64,000 bases of DNA. Origin: Octopus sinensis. Its lineage: Eukaryota. The notes under the pieces were generated by a model that was not told the DNA's origin, made no database searches, and was given only the letters and a program-made list of their open reading frames with translations. Below are positions 1 to 10,554 of the stretch, in pieces. The first letter of the stretch is position 1. Every line of letters starts with the position of its first letter. Location: the NCBI RefSeq assembly GCF_006345805.1, contig NC_043014.1, positions 22,444,001-22,508,000 on the forward strand. The letters run 5' to 3'. The position numbers and the translations under genes are program-made.

Positions 1-156
1 GTGTTAACTATCTTAGGTTCTTCATAATTGCAGTTTCAATTGATGTTCTTTTGCTCCAATTCACTTTTAACAGACATGTCCAAAGGCATTCCAGCCTTGA
101 CAAGCTTTTTGCTTTCTTTTTTTTGATGAATCTAAATCTATCCTTTGTTTTCAGGA

Positions 157-1465
157 TACCAAGTTGGAGTCAAAAGTTTTTTTGTATTTCAAGCTTTAAT
201 TCCAATATGAAATGACTAGAAACAATGACAGTTCAGCAGTTTTGTTTTCTGAATCCCATTCACGTTTCATTTGATTTCTTTCTACATCGAAACTTTTCTT
301 TTTGATAAAGAAAACAAAATTCTTTCAATTTTGACCTGCCTGAGAATTATATACAAATTATACACAGACAAATTATATACAAAAAGTGTTTATTTATCAA
401 AATATATGTCATATTCTATTATTTGCTGTGGTCATTATTGCAGAAGCTCAATTTCACACTTATACTATCTGGCTGGTTTAGAGGCAAAGTCTCCCTGCAT
501 CCATTTGTTGAACTTCTGTCCATGCAGGAAATGAGCTGTGGCTCAGAAGAGGTGCTAATCTGATGGTGCAAGGTCTGGACTGTAGGCATGGTGAAGCAGC
601 ACTTACATCCCCTCAAGTTTGTGCTTGGTCACATTGGCAGTGTGTGCTGGGGCATTGCCATGTTGTAGGAGTATATGTCTCCAATTGACCAGTGCTGGGT
701 AGCAGGCTTTCAAAAAATCATATACTCACTGCAGTTGTTGAGCATAAAGATTAATATTCACAACATGACTATCTGGGACAGCTCAAAATGCAACACCTCT
801 TTGAAATTCCACCAAACACACATGACCTTGTTTGACAACAGGTTCTGAAGTCTGTCTGAAATGAAGCCACTGATTTCTTATATTAGGATTACAAAAACAG
901 ATCCATTTTTCATTGCTAGTTTGATACCAAAAATGGGCATCTCAAGGATTTGCCAATAATTGTTTGCAAATATTCACACATACATTGTTGAGTCTGGTCA
1001 GCTCTTGAGGAGCCTCTCAACATCTCTTCACAAAGCTGAGCTTATGGAGTGTTGAGGATGTGCTTTGTGAAGGACCAAGTTCTTCCAACAATGTGTAAGT
1101 GCATGTGCTTGGCTGTTCAACGATTTCAAGTGACGCCTCATTTTCCATAACAGGTCTCTCTGACCTTGGTTTATGTTCAAGACTGGTGTCACTTTCCTTT
1201 AAATATCTGAAGCAGTCTTGTGCCACATGTTTGTTGCATTTCTTTTGCTGTTGCCTTTGCAGTTAGACCATTTTTCCACACAAGTAACATAAAAAATGGC
1301 TCTAATTGCAATTTTTTTCACCACTCATTATCAAAGCTGTAAAATAAAGAATAAACAATTCAGCAATGATTGGACAAGTTGTATCAAATTAATTATATTG
1401 CATGGAGAATAAAGTTGCCAAAGATCATCAGTGAAAATCACCAAAAAGTTTTGACTCACCTGGTA
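157..1465 (-). mobile_element. Degenerate full-length mariner (DD34D) DNA transposon, ~1.3 kb
   Basis: The minus strand gives an HTH-like segment (ORF 1017-1226, ...SLEHKPRSERP...ELGPSQST) and, at ~560-690, LLQHGNAPAHTA...HAYSPDLAPSD*HLF (mariner YSPDLAPSD motif). Imperfect TIRs taccaagttggagtcaaaagttttt (157-181) and aaaaagttttgactcacctggta (1443-1465) have TA at both ends. The ORF is broken by stops and frameshifts. Confidence 0.8.
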
Positions 1466-1555
1466 GTAGGCTGTTATTTGAAGGAAATTTGGGTGCTATT
1501 TCTAGCAAGTAAAGTAAGCACACTGATTATATATATATCTATATATATGTATATG

Positions 1556-1712
1556 TAGGGAGAGTTTACGAAAAAAACAAAAGACGAAGACAGGTGGTGT
1601 ACAAAACAAACAGATGTATTAGTATAACGTTCAGAAATAGAAAAAGTCTTTTATGTTTCGAGCCTACGCTCTTCTACAGAAAGGGACATAGAAAAAAACA
1701 AGGAGAGAAATG
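1556..1712 (-). repeat. Short interspersed repeat fragment with a degenerate minimal hammerhead-like motif (Penelope-type?)
   Basis: The minus strand reads ttt-ctgtaga-a-gagc-gtag-gctc-gaaac-ata-aaa (about 1650-1683): a stem II hairpin and GAAAC are present, but the CUGANGA and GUH positions are mutated. Confidence 0.3.
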
Positions 1713-1715
1713 AAA

Positions 1716-1842
1716 AAAGCACAATTTATTTGTGATCAGAGACATTCCTAAACCGATATACTAGTGTATTAAATGAATATGAGAAAGACCGGAGATAAAG
1801 CACGATTTATTCGTGTTGTTTGAAAACTTAGGTACTACTGTA
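1716..1842. mobile_element. Half copy of the pogo/Tigger-like MITE seen at 2767-2965
   Basis: 128-bp close match to 2841-2968; ends in gtactactg|ta. Confidence 0.6.
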
Positions 1843-1874
1843 TATATATTTATATATATATATTCATATCTAAC

Positions 1875-2329
1875 TTCTATAAAGTAGCGTACTTATTGAC
1901 AGCAATCTTGGTGTTTTGCAACCAGTTTTTTTGTTTTCTCAGACTCTCTTTGTGAGCCTGGTAAATGTGGATAATGCTTGTCCAATTTGTCTGTTGATCT
2001 CAGGGTCCAAGGAGAGGTCATCAGTGATGGTAGAGCTGAGATAAGTGAACCGATCTGGACGTCCAGAGATGGGAGGAGGCTGCAAATAATTGCCCACACT
2101 GGAGACAGGATATAGAGTGGAAAAAAACAGGAACTCATCACCAAAGAAAAGCGCACTCGATGGAAAGAAAAATTAGTAGTGCCTTTGAGAGCAGTCATTG
2201 TTTGCGTGACTGCCACTCTCTTTTGGGCCTGTACAGCCACAACAGACACTGCACCATCATCAACAGCTGACATGATTTCTTCAGGTGCAGATCCATGGCC
2301 TCTTGAGACCGACAGATACCTACTACTAC

Positions 2330-2333
<4 letters not shown>
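1875..2333. mobile_element. BovB-like RTE LINE 3' fragment with an inverted 5' part
   Basis: About 1875-2060 on the minus strand translates as DRFTYLSSTITDDLSLDPEINRQIGQALSTFTRLTKRV*ENKK...STLLY. 2061-2333 on the plus strand gives WEEAANNCPHWRQ...CLRDCHSLLGLYSHNRHC*, then a 3'UTR and a (ACT)n tail at 2321-2333. The junction is the palindrome tctggacgtccaga (2054-2067). Confidence 0.75.
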
Positions 2334-2360
<27 letters not shown>

Positions 2361-2361
2361 G

Positions 2362-2745
2362 CATGATCGTTGCCAGAGCAGCTAACTGGCTTCCATGCCG
2401 GTGGCACGTAAAAAGCACCATTTGAACATGATCGTTACCAGCATCGACTTACTGGCACTTGACAAAAAACATTCAAGTGAGGTTATTGCCAGTGCTGCAC
2501 ATAAAAAACACCATTTGAGCATGGCTGTTGCCAGTACCGCCTGACTGGCCCTCATGCAGGTGGCACGTAAAAGCACCCACTACACGCTCGGAGTGGCTGG
2601 CGTTAGGAAGGGAATCCAGCTGTAGAAACTCTGTCAGATCAAGATTGGAACCTGGTGCAACCATCTGGTTCGCCAGTCCTCAGTCAAATCGTCCAACCCA
2701 TGGTAGCATGGAAAGCAGACAGTAAACGATGATGATGATGATGAT
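2362..2745 (+). mobile_element. 3'-UTR fragment of the dominant RTE LINE family, (GAT)n tail
   Basis: Matches the 3' end of the LINEs at 2968-6470 and 39350-42945 (ggcacgtaaaagcacccactacac...ccaacccat...gatgatgat). Confidence 0.85.
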
Positions 2746-2766
2746 ATATATATATATATATACACA

Positions 2767-2965
2767 CAGTAGTACTTTGGTTTTTGAACAACTCTGGTCA
2801 TGAATAAATCATGCTTTATACATATAATATATATATATATAAAGCACAATTTATTTGTGATCAGAGGCATTCCTAAACCAAGATACTACTGAATTAAATG
2901 AATATGAGAAAGACCGGGGATAAAGCATGATTTATTCGTGTTGTTTGAAAACTGAGGTACTACTG
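2767..2965. mobile_element. pogo/Tigger-like MITE
   Basis: Termini cagtagtac / gtactactg, with ~55-bp imperfect inverted arms, TA at the right end and an internal (TA)n. Confidence 0.6.
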
Positions 2966-2967
2966 TA

Positions 2968-5900
2968 TCATCATCATCGTTTAACGTCCGTTTTCCATGC
3001 TAGCATGGGTTGGACGGTTCAACCAGGATCTGGGAAGCCAGAAGGCTGCACCAGGCTCCAGTCTGATCTGGCAGTGTTCTTACAGCTGGATGCCCTTCCT
3101 AATGCCAAGCACTCTGTGAGTGTAGTGGGTGCTTTTTACGTGCCACCGGCACAGGTGCCAGGTGAGGCTGCCAACGGCCACGATCGGTTGGTGCTTTTTA
3201 CATGCCACCGGCACGGAAACCAATTAAGGCGGTGCTGGTATCGGCCATGTTCAGATGGTGCTTTTTATGTGCCACCGGCACAGGGGTCAGTCCAGCGGAA
3301 CTGGCAACTGCCGGGTGCCAGTCATAGGATTGGTTCAATTTCGATTCTGATTTCACTTGTCCCAACAGGTCTTCACAAGCAGAGTTTAGTGTCCAGTGAA
3401 GGGAGGTTGGCATGGGTGCCAGTCGTCGGATGAGGTTCGATTTCGAATTCAATTTCGACTTAACTTGCCTCAACAGGTCTTTGCGTGTCCAAGGAAGGAA
3501 AGGCATGCATAAGTGGGCTGGCTACATCCCTGGCAAAGGACACAGGATGGACTCACTTGTCCTGCCGGGTCTTCTCACGTACAGCATATTTCCAAAGGTC
3601 TCGGTCACTGGTCATTTCCTCAGTGAGGCCTAAAGTTCGAAGGTCGTGCTTTACCACCTCGTCCCAGGTTTTCCTGGGTCTACCTATTCCATGGGTTCCC
3701 TCAACTGCTAGGGATTGGCACTTTTTCACACGTCTATCTTCATCCATTCTCGCCACATGACCATACCAGTGCAATCGTCTCTCTTGCACACCACAGCTGA
3801 TGCTTCTTAGGTCCAACTTTTCTCTCAAGGTACTTACACTCTGTCGAGTGTGTACACTGACATTACACATCCATCGGAGCATACTGGCTTCATTCCTTAT
3901 GAGCTTATGCATGTCCTCAGCAGTCACGGCCCATGTTTCACTGCCATGTAGCATGGCTGTTCGTACACATGCGTCATACAGTCTGCCTTTTACTCTGAGC
4001 GAGAGGCCTTTTGTCACCAGCAGAGGTAAGAGCTCCCTGAACTTTGCCCAGGCTATTCTTATTCTAGCAGTTACACTTTCAACGCACCCACCCCCACTAC
4101 TGACTTGGTCACCTAGATAATGGAAGCTATCAACTACTTCTAGTTTTTTCCCCTGGAAAGTGACGGAAGTTGTTTTCTGCAGATTTTCAGAGGTTAATGC
4201 TCCCGAGCATCTGCCACATACAAAGACTATCTTCCCAGTTAGCCTTCCTTTGACATTGCTGCACCTCTTATGTGTCCATAGCTTACACTGGGTACATCTT
4301 ATAGAGTTTCTACCTACACCTTTTCTACAGATCGAGCAGGGCCATCTTCCTGAAGACATTTGTGGATTGTCTACCTTCCTACTTATTAGTACTTTGGTTT
4401 TAGCTAGGTTGACTCTAAGGCCCTTCGATTCTAAACCCTCCTTCTACACCTGGAACTTCTCCTCCAGTTCTGATAGTGACTCAGCAATTAGAGCAAGGTC
4501 GTCAGCATAGAGGAGCCCCCAGGGGTAACCTGTCTTGAATTCCTCCGTAATTGCCTGGAGGACTATGATAAATAGGAGGGGGCTGAGAACTGAACCCTGG
4601 TGGACCCCAACCTCTACTTTGAATTCTTCTGTGTACATGTTGCCAACCCTAACCTTACGGCATCCCTGTACATGGCTTGCACAGCCCCATTCATCTATCC
4701 CTAGTTTCCTCATTGACCACCAGATAAGGGATCGGGGGACCCTGTCAAAGGCTTTCTCCATGTCAACGAAAGCCAGGTACAGGGGCTTATCTTTGGCTAG
4801 GTATTTCTCCTGCAGCTGCCTTACCAGGAATATAGCATCAGTGATACTTTTCCCTGGCACAAACCCAAACTGCATCTCATCTAAACTAACTCTCTCTCTA
4901 ATTAGTTGGGCTATGACCCTCTCCGTAACCTTCATTACCTGATCCAACAGCTTGATACCTCTGTAATTATTTGTATCTAGGGCGTCACCTTTCCCTTTGT
5001 AGCAGTTGACTAGTATGCTGCTACACCAGTCATTGGGTATGACTCCGTGTATCACCTGGTTGACTATACGGGTGACTAGGTTATAGCCGACACTGCCAGA
5101 TATTTTGAGCATCTCTGCAGTAATTCCTGATGGACCTGGGGCTTTCCCTGTCTTCATGCTTCTAATTGCTTTAACTACCAAAGAATTGTCAACTCGGATG
5201 GCTGGTCCCTCTGTTGGGTTGACATTCGGCAGACTCTCTTTATCCCATTCATTTTCTTTATTCAGCAACCTTTCATAGCGGCATCTCCAAACCTCTCTCT
5301 TTGCATCCTCATTTAGCACAAGTGAACCATCATCCATGCAGACACATTTCTCTCCTACCACATCACGATTCTCTCACACACACTGTCTTGCAACACGAAA
5401 TACCTCAAGTCTTTCATCCTCACGGCTCAGAAAATTGGCAAATTTTTTCTTATCCGCTTCCCCTCTGGCTAAATAAACCTGTCTCCTAGCTTCCCTTCTG
5501 GCTGTCTGATACAATTCCCTGCAACCACCGTTCTTCCAGTACTTCCAAGCCTGTATCTTTTGTCTAATAGCCCTGTCAACCACAGTGTTCCACCACCACG
5601 TTACTCTGGGTCGAGATGGTACTTTGCTCCATCCACAGATCTGGTCAGTGGCTGTCAGCAGATTGTTCCATAGAAATCTCCAGTTGTCTTCCACATTAAG
5701 TGAAGCTATATCCCCTTCTATTTCATCAAAGGCTTCAAGTAGTATGTCCCTAAATCTCTGTCCATTTGCAGGATCTTTAACCTTCCAGACCCTTCTCCTC
5801 CAAGCTGGTCTTCTGGGCAACCATTTAGCTCTGATCCTGAAGTCGCTAACTACTAATCTATGTTGAGGAGTACATTCTTCGCCTGGAAAGGTTTTGGCAT

Positions 5901-6470
5901 TTATAAGCAGCCCTCTTTCCCTTTTTCTGGCAAGGATGTAGTCAATCTGGCTAGTGTGTCTGCCAGAACGGTAGGTGACTAGGTGAGAGGTGGGTTTCCT
6001 GAAGTTGGTATTGCAGAACTCCAGCAGCCTGGTTCCCTCCTCATTACGAGAGCCAAAACCGTAGCCTCCATGAACGCCATGGAAGCCCCCGACATGCCGT
6101 CCAACATGTCCATTGAAATCACCTGCCACAAAGAGAAGGTCACTGTCATTTGTCAACGAGGTAGTCCGCAATAGGGTGTCATAGAATTGGTCTTTCTGTC
6201 CTTCTGGTAGCCCTGGTTGAGGGGCATATGCCGAGATGATGGTAGCTGACCTATGGTGAAGCACTAATCTAATTTTAAGTACTCTGTCACATACTCTGAC
6301 TACCTCGATTACCTTATCTACTCATTTCTCCGCAAGAAGTATACACACGCCCCCGACCCCGTCAGTGTTCCCTGCCCAGAAAATCTTGTACCTGTGTTCC
6401 TTGCCTGTGAGGAGCCTAGCGGAACCTCCTCTCCACCTTACTTCCTGGATGCAGCATAAATCCACACGTC
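2968..6470 (-). mobile_element. Near-complete RTE-clade LINE (APE endonuclease + RT + PHD-like finger), slightly 5'-truncated, frameshifted
   Basis: ORF 5374-6264 is APE (SAYAPQ, GDFNGHVG, SQIDYIL, QHRLVV). ORF 4444-5361 is RT (KAPGPSGI, YRGIKLL, FVDMEKAFDRV, GVHQGSVLSPLLF, LLYADD). ORF 3553-4359 holds the C4HC3 finger, FHYLGD and GRPRKTW. The 3'UTR (2968-3552) ends in (CAT)n on the plus strand. Confidence 0.95.
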
Positions 6471-6478
6471 ATGTATGT

Positions 6479-6990
6479 TTATTGAGTTCATAAATCCGTT
6501 TTATAGGCATAATGGTATATATGTGTAATATTCCAATATCCTTTGTGAAAAATCCAAAAGTGCAACAGAGTTTAATATGAGTCCATCCAGATGTAAAGTT
6601 TATAAGCAATGTCTCAAAGGATATTGGAATATTACACATATATACCATTATGCCTATAAAACGGATTTATGAATTCAATAACCATACATATCTTACATAT
6701 ATTTTCTTTTCTCCACCTCACTCTCTATTTGTATCACATCAAAACTAACTATGACTTAATTTTTCCTCTCACACCGTCTCCGATGAAGGGATATTATTAT
6801 TAATTAATATTCTAGAAACTTTTGTAAAACCTTCTATCTATAAATGTTCTAATATCTATACAGCCATAGTTTTTTTATCTCATTACACAAAAAATTCATA
6901 TATATACACACACTGACATAGAACCAACGTTGAACCCTTTATTCGCAATATTACAGAATCTGGAATATTACACATATATACCATATATAC
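6479..6990. mobile_element. Penelope-like terminal-repeat remnant with a 66-bp inverted repeat
   Basis: 6479-6544 is inverted at 6616-6681 (near perfect), with a partial third copy at 6962-6984. A hammerhead-like motif follows at 6776-6830. Confidence 0.5.
6776..6830 (+). ncRNA. Degenerate type I hammerhead ribozyme motif (probably inactive)
   Basis: gtct-ccgatga-agggatatta..taatattct-a-gaaac-tttt-gta-aaac has the same layout as 24008-24083, but with a core U>C change and mutated stems I and III. Confidence 0.4.
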
Positions 6991-7319
6991 TATGGTCTGT
7001 CTAAAGCACTTATTCAGGATTACCTGACACCTTTGGGTCTCAATGATACCATTATTTCTTATATATATATATATATATATATGCATGTATACAAGAGGGT
7101 GCTGAAAAGTCTCTGACTTAATGAGCATCACAAAAGGCCTGGCTGGAGGCCCAACTTTCCAAGTTCTTTTGCAGGTCTTAGAAGAATTGAAGGACCACTG
7201 CTATTAATGTGTGATTCTGAGAGGGGAATAAGTTAAATAAAATCATAATTAACTGATCCTCCTGTGTTTTCTTTTTACCAAAGCCAGGAACTTTCCAGCC
7301 GCTCCTCATGTGTATATAT

Positions 7320-9020
7320 ATCATCATCATTTAGCGTCCGTTTTCCAGGCTAGTATGGGTTGGACGGTTTGACATGGAGCTGACCAGAGTTCACTTGTCC
7401 GTTGTGGCATGGTTTCTACAGCTGGATGCATCTGCACAGGTGTGTATATGCAGCACCGGCATGAGTGCATTTTATGTGACACCAGCACCTGTAAAAGACA
7501 AGCCTGTATGTAGGGGTGACAGTGATTTTACTTGGCTTGCTGCGTCTTCTAAAGTACAGCAAATTGTCACAACTCCTGGTCCCTTGTCATTTCCTCAGTG
7601 AGGCCTAACATCCCAAGATCCTTTCTCACCACTTTGTCCCATGTCTTCCTGGCTCTACCTCTTCTGCAGGTTTCTCCACAATTAGAGCTTGGCACTTCTT
7701 TATGCCACTGTCCTCATCCATGTGCATTGCCTGACCAAAATAGTGCACACAACTTTTGATGCCTCTTATACCCAGTTTTCCTCTTAAATCATTTACTTTC
7801 TGTCATATGTGCACACTGACATTACTCATCCAGTGGAATATGCTAGCTTCAGTTCTTTCAAGCCTTCACAAGTCCCCTGTAGTCAAAGTCTACATTTCAC
7901 AGTCATGTAGCATAGCTGTAAGTACACAGGCATCATACAATCTGCCTTTCACTCTGAGGGAGATGCCCTTAGTTATCAACAAAGGTAGAAGCTCTCTGAA
8001 CTTTGCCTAGCCCAGTCTTATTCTAGCAACTACACTTTCAGAACTTCCTCCTTTGCTGTTAACTTGGTCTTGTAGGTAACAGAAGCTATCTACTACTGTT
8101 GATCCCCTTGAGCATTTGGGGGAGTCTATTGCTTGCACATTTTCACATTTTACTTATTGTACCCACACATTTGACACACACAAAGACTGTTTTCTCTGTT
8201 AACCTTACTGTGATACTGCTACATCTCTTATGTGTCCAAAACTTGCACTGAGTACAATGTATAGAGTTTCTACTAACATCTTTCGTACATATCACACAGG
8301 GCCAACTCCCAGAATGCACTTGTGATTTGTCTGTTTTCCTACTTACTAGCACTTTGGTTTTTGCTAAATTAGCTCTGAGGCCCTTAGATTCTTGGCCTTA
8401 CTTCCACTCCTGAAATTTCTTCTCTATGTCAGTTAGTGATTCAGCTATAAGACAAGATCATCAGTGTAGAGGAGCTCCCAAAGACAGCAGGACTTGAATT
8501 TCTCTGTTAAGGCCTGGAAGATTAAGATAAATGGGGTGGGGGATTGCTGAGAACTGAGCCTTGGTGAACTCCTACCTGTACACTAAATTCAATGCTATAC
8601 TCATTGCCAACCTTCACTTTACTGGTAGCATCCCTGTACATGACTTATACAGCTCTCACTAACCACTCATCTAACCCTAGCTTCTGTATTGACCACCAGA
8701 TAAGGGAGTATGGGACCCTGTCAAAAGCCTTCTCCATGGCAATAAAAGCCAAATACAGAGATTTATTTTTGGCTAAATACTTCTCCTGCAGTTCCCTAAC
8801 CAGGAATAAAGCATAATTGTGTTCCTACCTGGCACAAATCTTCACTGCATCTCATTTACGCTATCTTTCTAATTAATTGGGCTATGACCCTTTCTGTGAC
8901 TTTCATCACCTGGTTCAGCAATTTGATACCTCTGTAATTATTTCTGTCTAAGGCATCACCTTTGCCTTTGTAGCAGTTGACTATAATGCTGCTACACTTC
9001 CCCTGTATACAACCTGGTTA
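7320..9020 (-). mobile_element. Older, 5'-truncated RTE LINE copy
   Basis: Degenerate RT, finger and C-terminal peptides (ORF 8143-8352 WPCVICTKDVSRNSIHCTQCKFWTHKRC); (CAT)n end at 7320. Confidence 0.85.
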
Positions 9021-9065
9021 ACTTCAACACATAGAATAACACTTGATTAGCTAAGAAAGTAAAAA

Positions 9066-9538
9066 TTATGTAATAAAAACCACAAATCTTGTTAAATACA
9101 GCTACCCAGGGTTTCCAAATCTGCTTTTTAACCTTTTCATTTCTGTATTTATTTTGAGATGCTCTGTGTTTCTCTCAATTATTTTAGATATAACAAAAAA
9201 TTTTGTAAAAGGAACATTAATTGTGGCTAAGGTTTATTGGAAGATTTTAATTCAAAACTTGTGAAAACAAGATATGCATACTACAGAACCTGTTTCAGTC
9301 AGGTTGTTAACAAAAGGGTTAAGCTGATTACATTTAAACAAGAGATACTGATCTCCCTTGAGTGTTTTCTTTGTCTTCTTCCTTATCAGTATCCCTTGTT
9401 TAAATGTCATCTGCTTGAAAAAGCAACTGATGAATGGTCTTGTTCTTGGTTTGAAAAATGGCAAAATAAGTTAATGTTTAGACCAGGAAATGCTGGGTGG
9501 CTGTATTTAACAAGATTTGTGGTTTTTCATTATAACTA
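9066..9538. mobile_element. Foldback MITE with ~46-bp TIRs and an inner inverted repeat
   Basis: taataaaaaccacaaatcttgttaaatacagctacccag (from 9071) is inverted at 9486-9532. The inner arms acatttaaacaagagatactgat / atcagtatcccttgtttaaatgt are also inverted. Confidence 0.7.
9132..9318. mobile_element. piggyBac-type MITE nested in the foldback element
   Basis: TTAA at 9128-9131 and 9319-9322; termini cctttt / aaaaggg. Confidence 0.65.
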
Positions 9539-9591
9539 ACACGTACGTATGCATGTGCATACATACATAGATACATATGTAGATACACACA

Positions 9592-9720
9592 TATCATCCT
9601 CATTATCATTTAAGGTCCTTTTCCATGCTGGTATGAGTTGGACAGTTTTACAGGGGCTGGCAACCCAGAGGACTGTATCAAACTCCAATATCTGATTTGG
9701 GGTGGTTTCAATGGTTGATT
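9592..9720 (-). mobile_element. Degenerate RTE 3'-end fragment
   Basis: catcctcattatcatttaaggtccttttccatgctgg...ttggacagttt matches the family 3' terminus. Confidence 0.65.
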
Positions 9721-9789
9721 TTATGTGAAACCTGCACTAGTGAGACCAGAATGTGACTCACAAGACATGACTCAATGAAGTGAATTGGC

Positions 9790-10540
9790 TTTACGCCATG
9801 TGATGAGAGGCTAAATCATGATAGAAGAGCAAGAACAGGTGTCTTGCTGTAGGGAGATATATCGTTATCCGAGTTGGATAATAAAGAGGATGGTGGCGAA
9901 GATGTATCAGGGTATGCTTTCAAGTTACTATCTATAAGAAAATGGTCTGGGTAGATAATTGAGTTTATGGGAGATTGGCAGATGGACAGAGATGGGGATA
10001 GAGGGAAATGCAATGAGTGGTGAACTTGGTGCAGTATGATCATAAATATCATTTAGAGGGAAAGGTAGACTAAGTAGATGTAGTTCAGGGAGGTAATAAG
10101 TGGTTGTAAAGATGGTATGAAACGTGTGAGTGTACGGTGCAAGAAAGATGCACACTGCCAGGGACTAAATCAGAGATAAATAAGGGTGGAAAGAGTGGAA
10201 AATGAATCGAGGTAATGGGGGAAGGGTTACAGTTGGCAAAATGAATGAGTATACAGGTGAAAGGGGTATTCAATGGGAAATAAGAAAGTAAGGGATGATA
10301 CTGAGAATGTGTGAGAAAAAAAGAAGTGGTTCCAGGGAGGATGAGCTGTGTTGCTAGTCTATGAAATATATGCAGTTCTGTTCTTATAATTACAACAGCT
10401 GAAAGAATAGTGCCTTAGTCAGCAGAGTGATGGAGTGGGTGGATGTTAGAAAGATGAATTGTGGGAGGGATGGGCATTAGGAGAATGGATTGTTGGAGTA
10501 GCAGTTCATAAGAGACAAATTGGGTGCAGGGGCATAGAAA
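9790..10540. repeat. Unclassified purine-rich interspersed repeat (related to 19700-20340 and 21090-21230)
   Basis: Shared blocks ggtgtcttgctgtag and ggatgttagaa(a)gatgaa; strong A/G bias on the plus strand. Confidence 0.5.
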
Positions 10541-10554
10541 TAAACAACATGCTT

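Noticed and set aside
20-135. Short minus-strand open frame (KKLVKAGMPLDMSVKSELEQKNIN*) as a terminal exon
   Set aside because: No pyrimidine-rich acceptor and no recognisable homology.
1893-2273. 126-aa minus-strand ORF as a host gene
   Set aside because: It is an off-frame read-through of the inverted RTE insertion.
1716-2968. 128-bp direct repeats flanking 1.1 kb, suggesting LTRs or a composite transposon
   Set aside because: Both are the right half of a pogo-like MITE; the second belongs to a complete element at 2767-2965.
3800-6174. Several 60-135-aa plus-strand ORFs
   Set aside because: They are antisense shadows of the RTE ORF2; the same applies to the minus-strand ORFs at 39917-42296.
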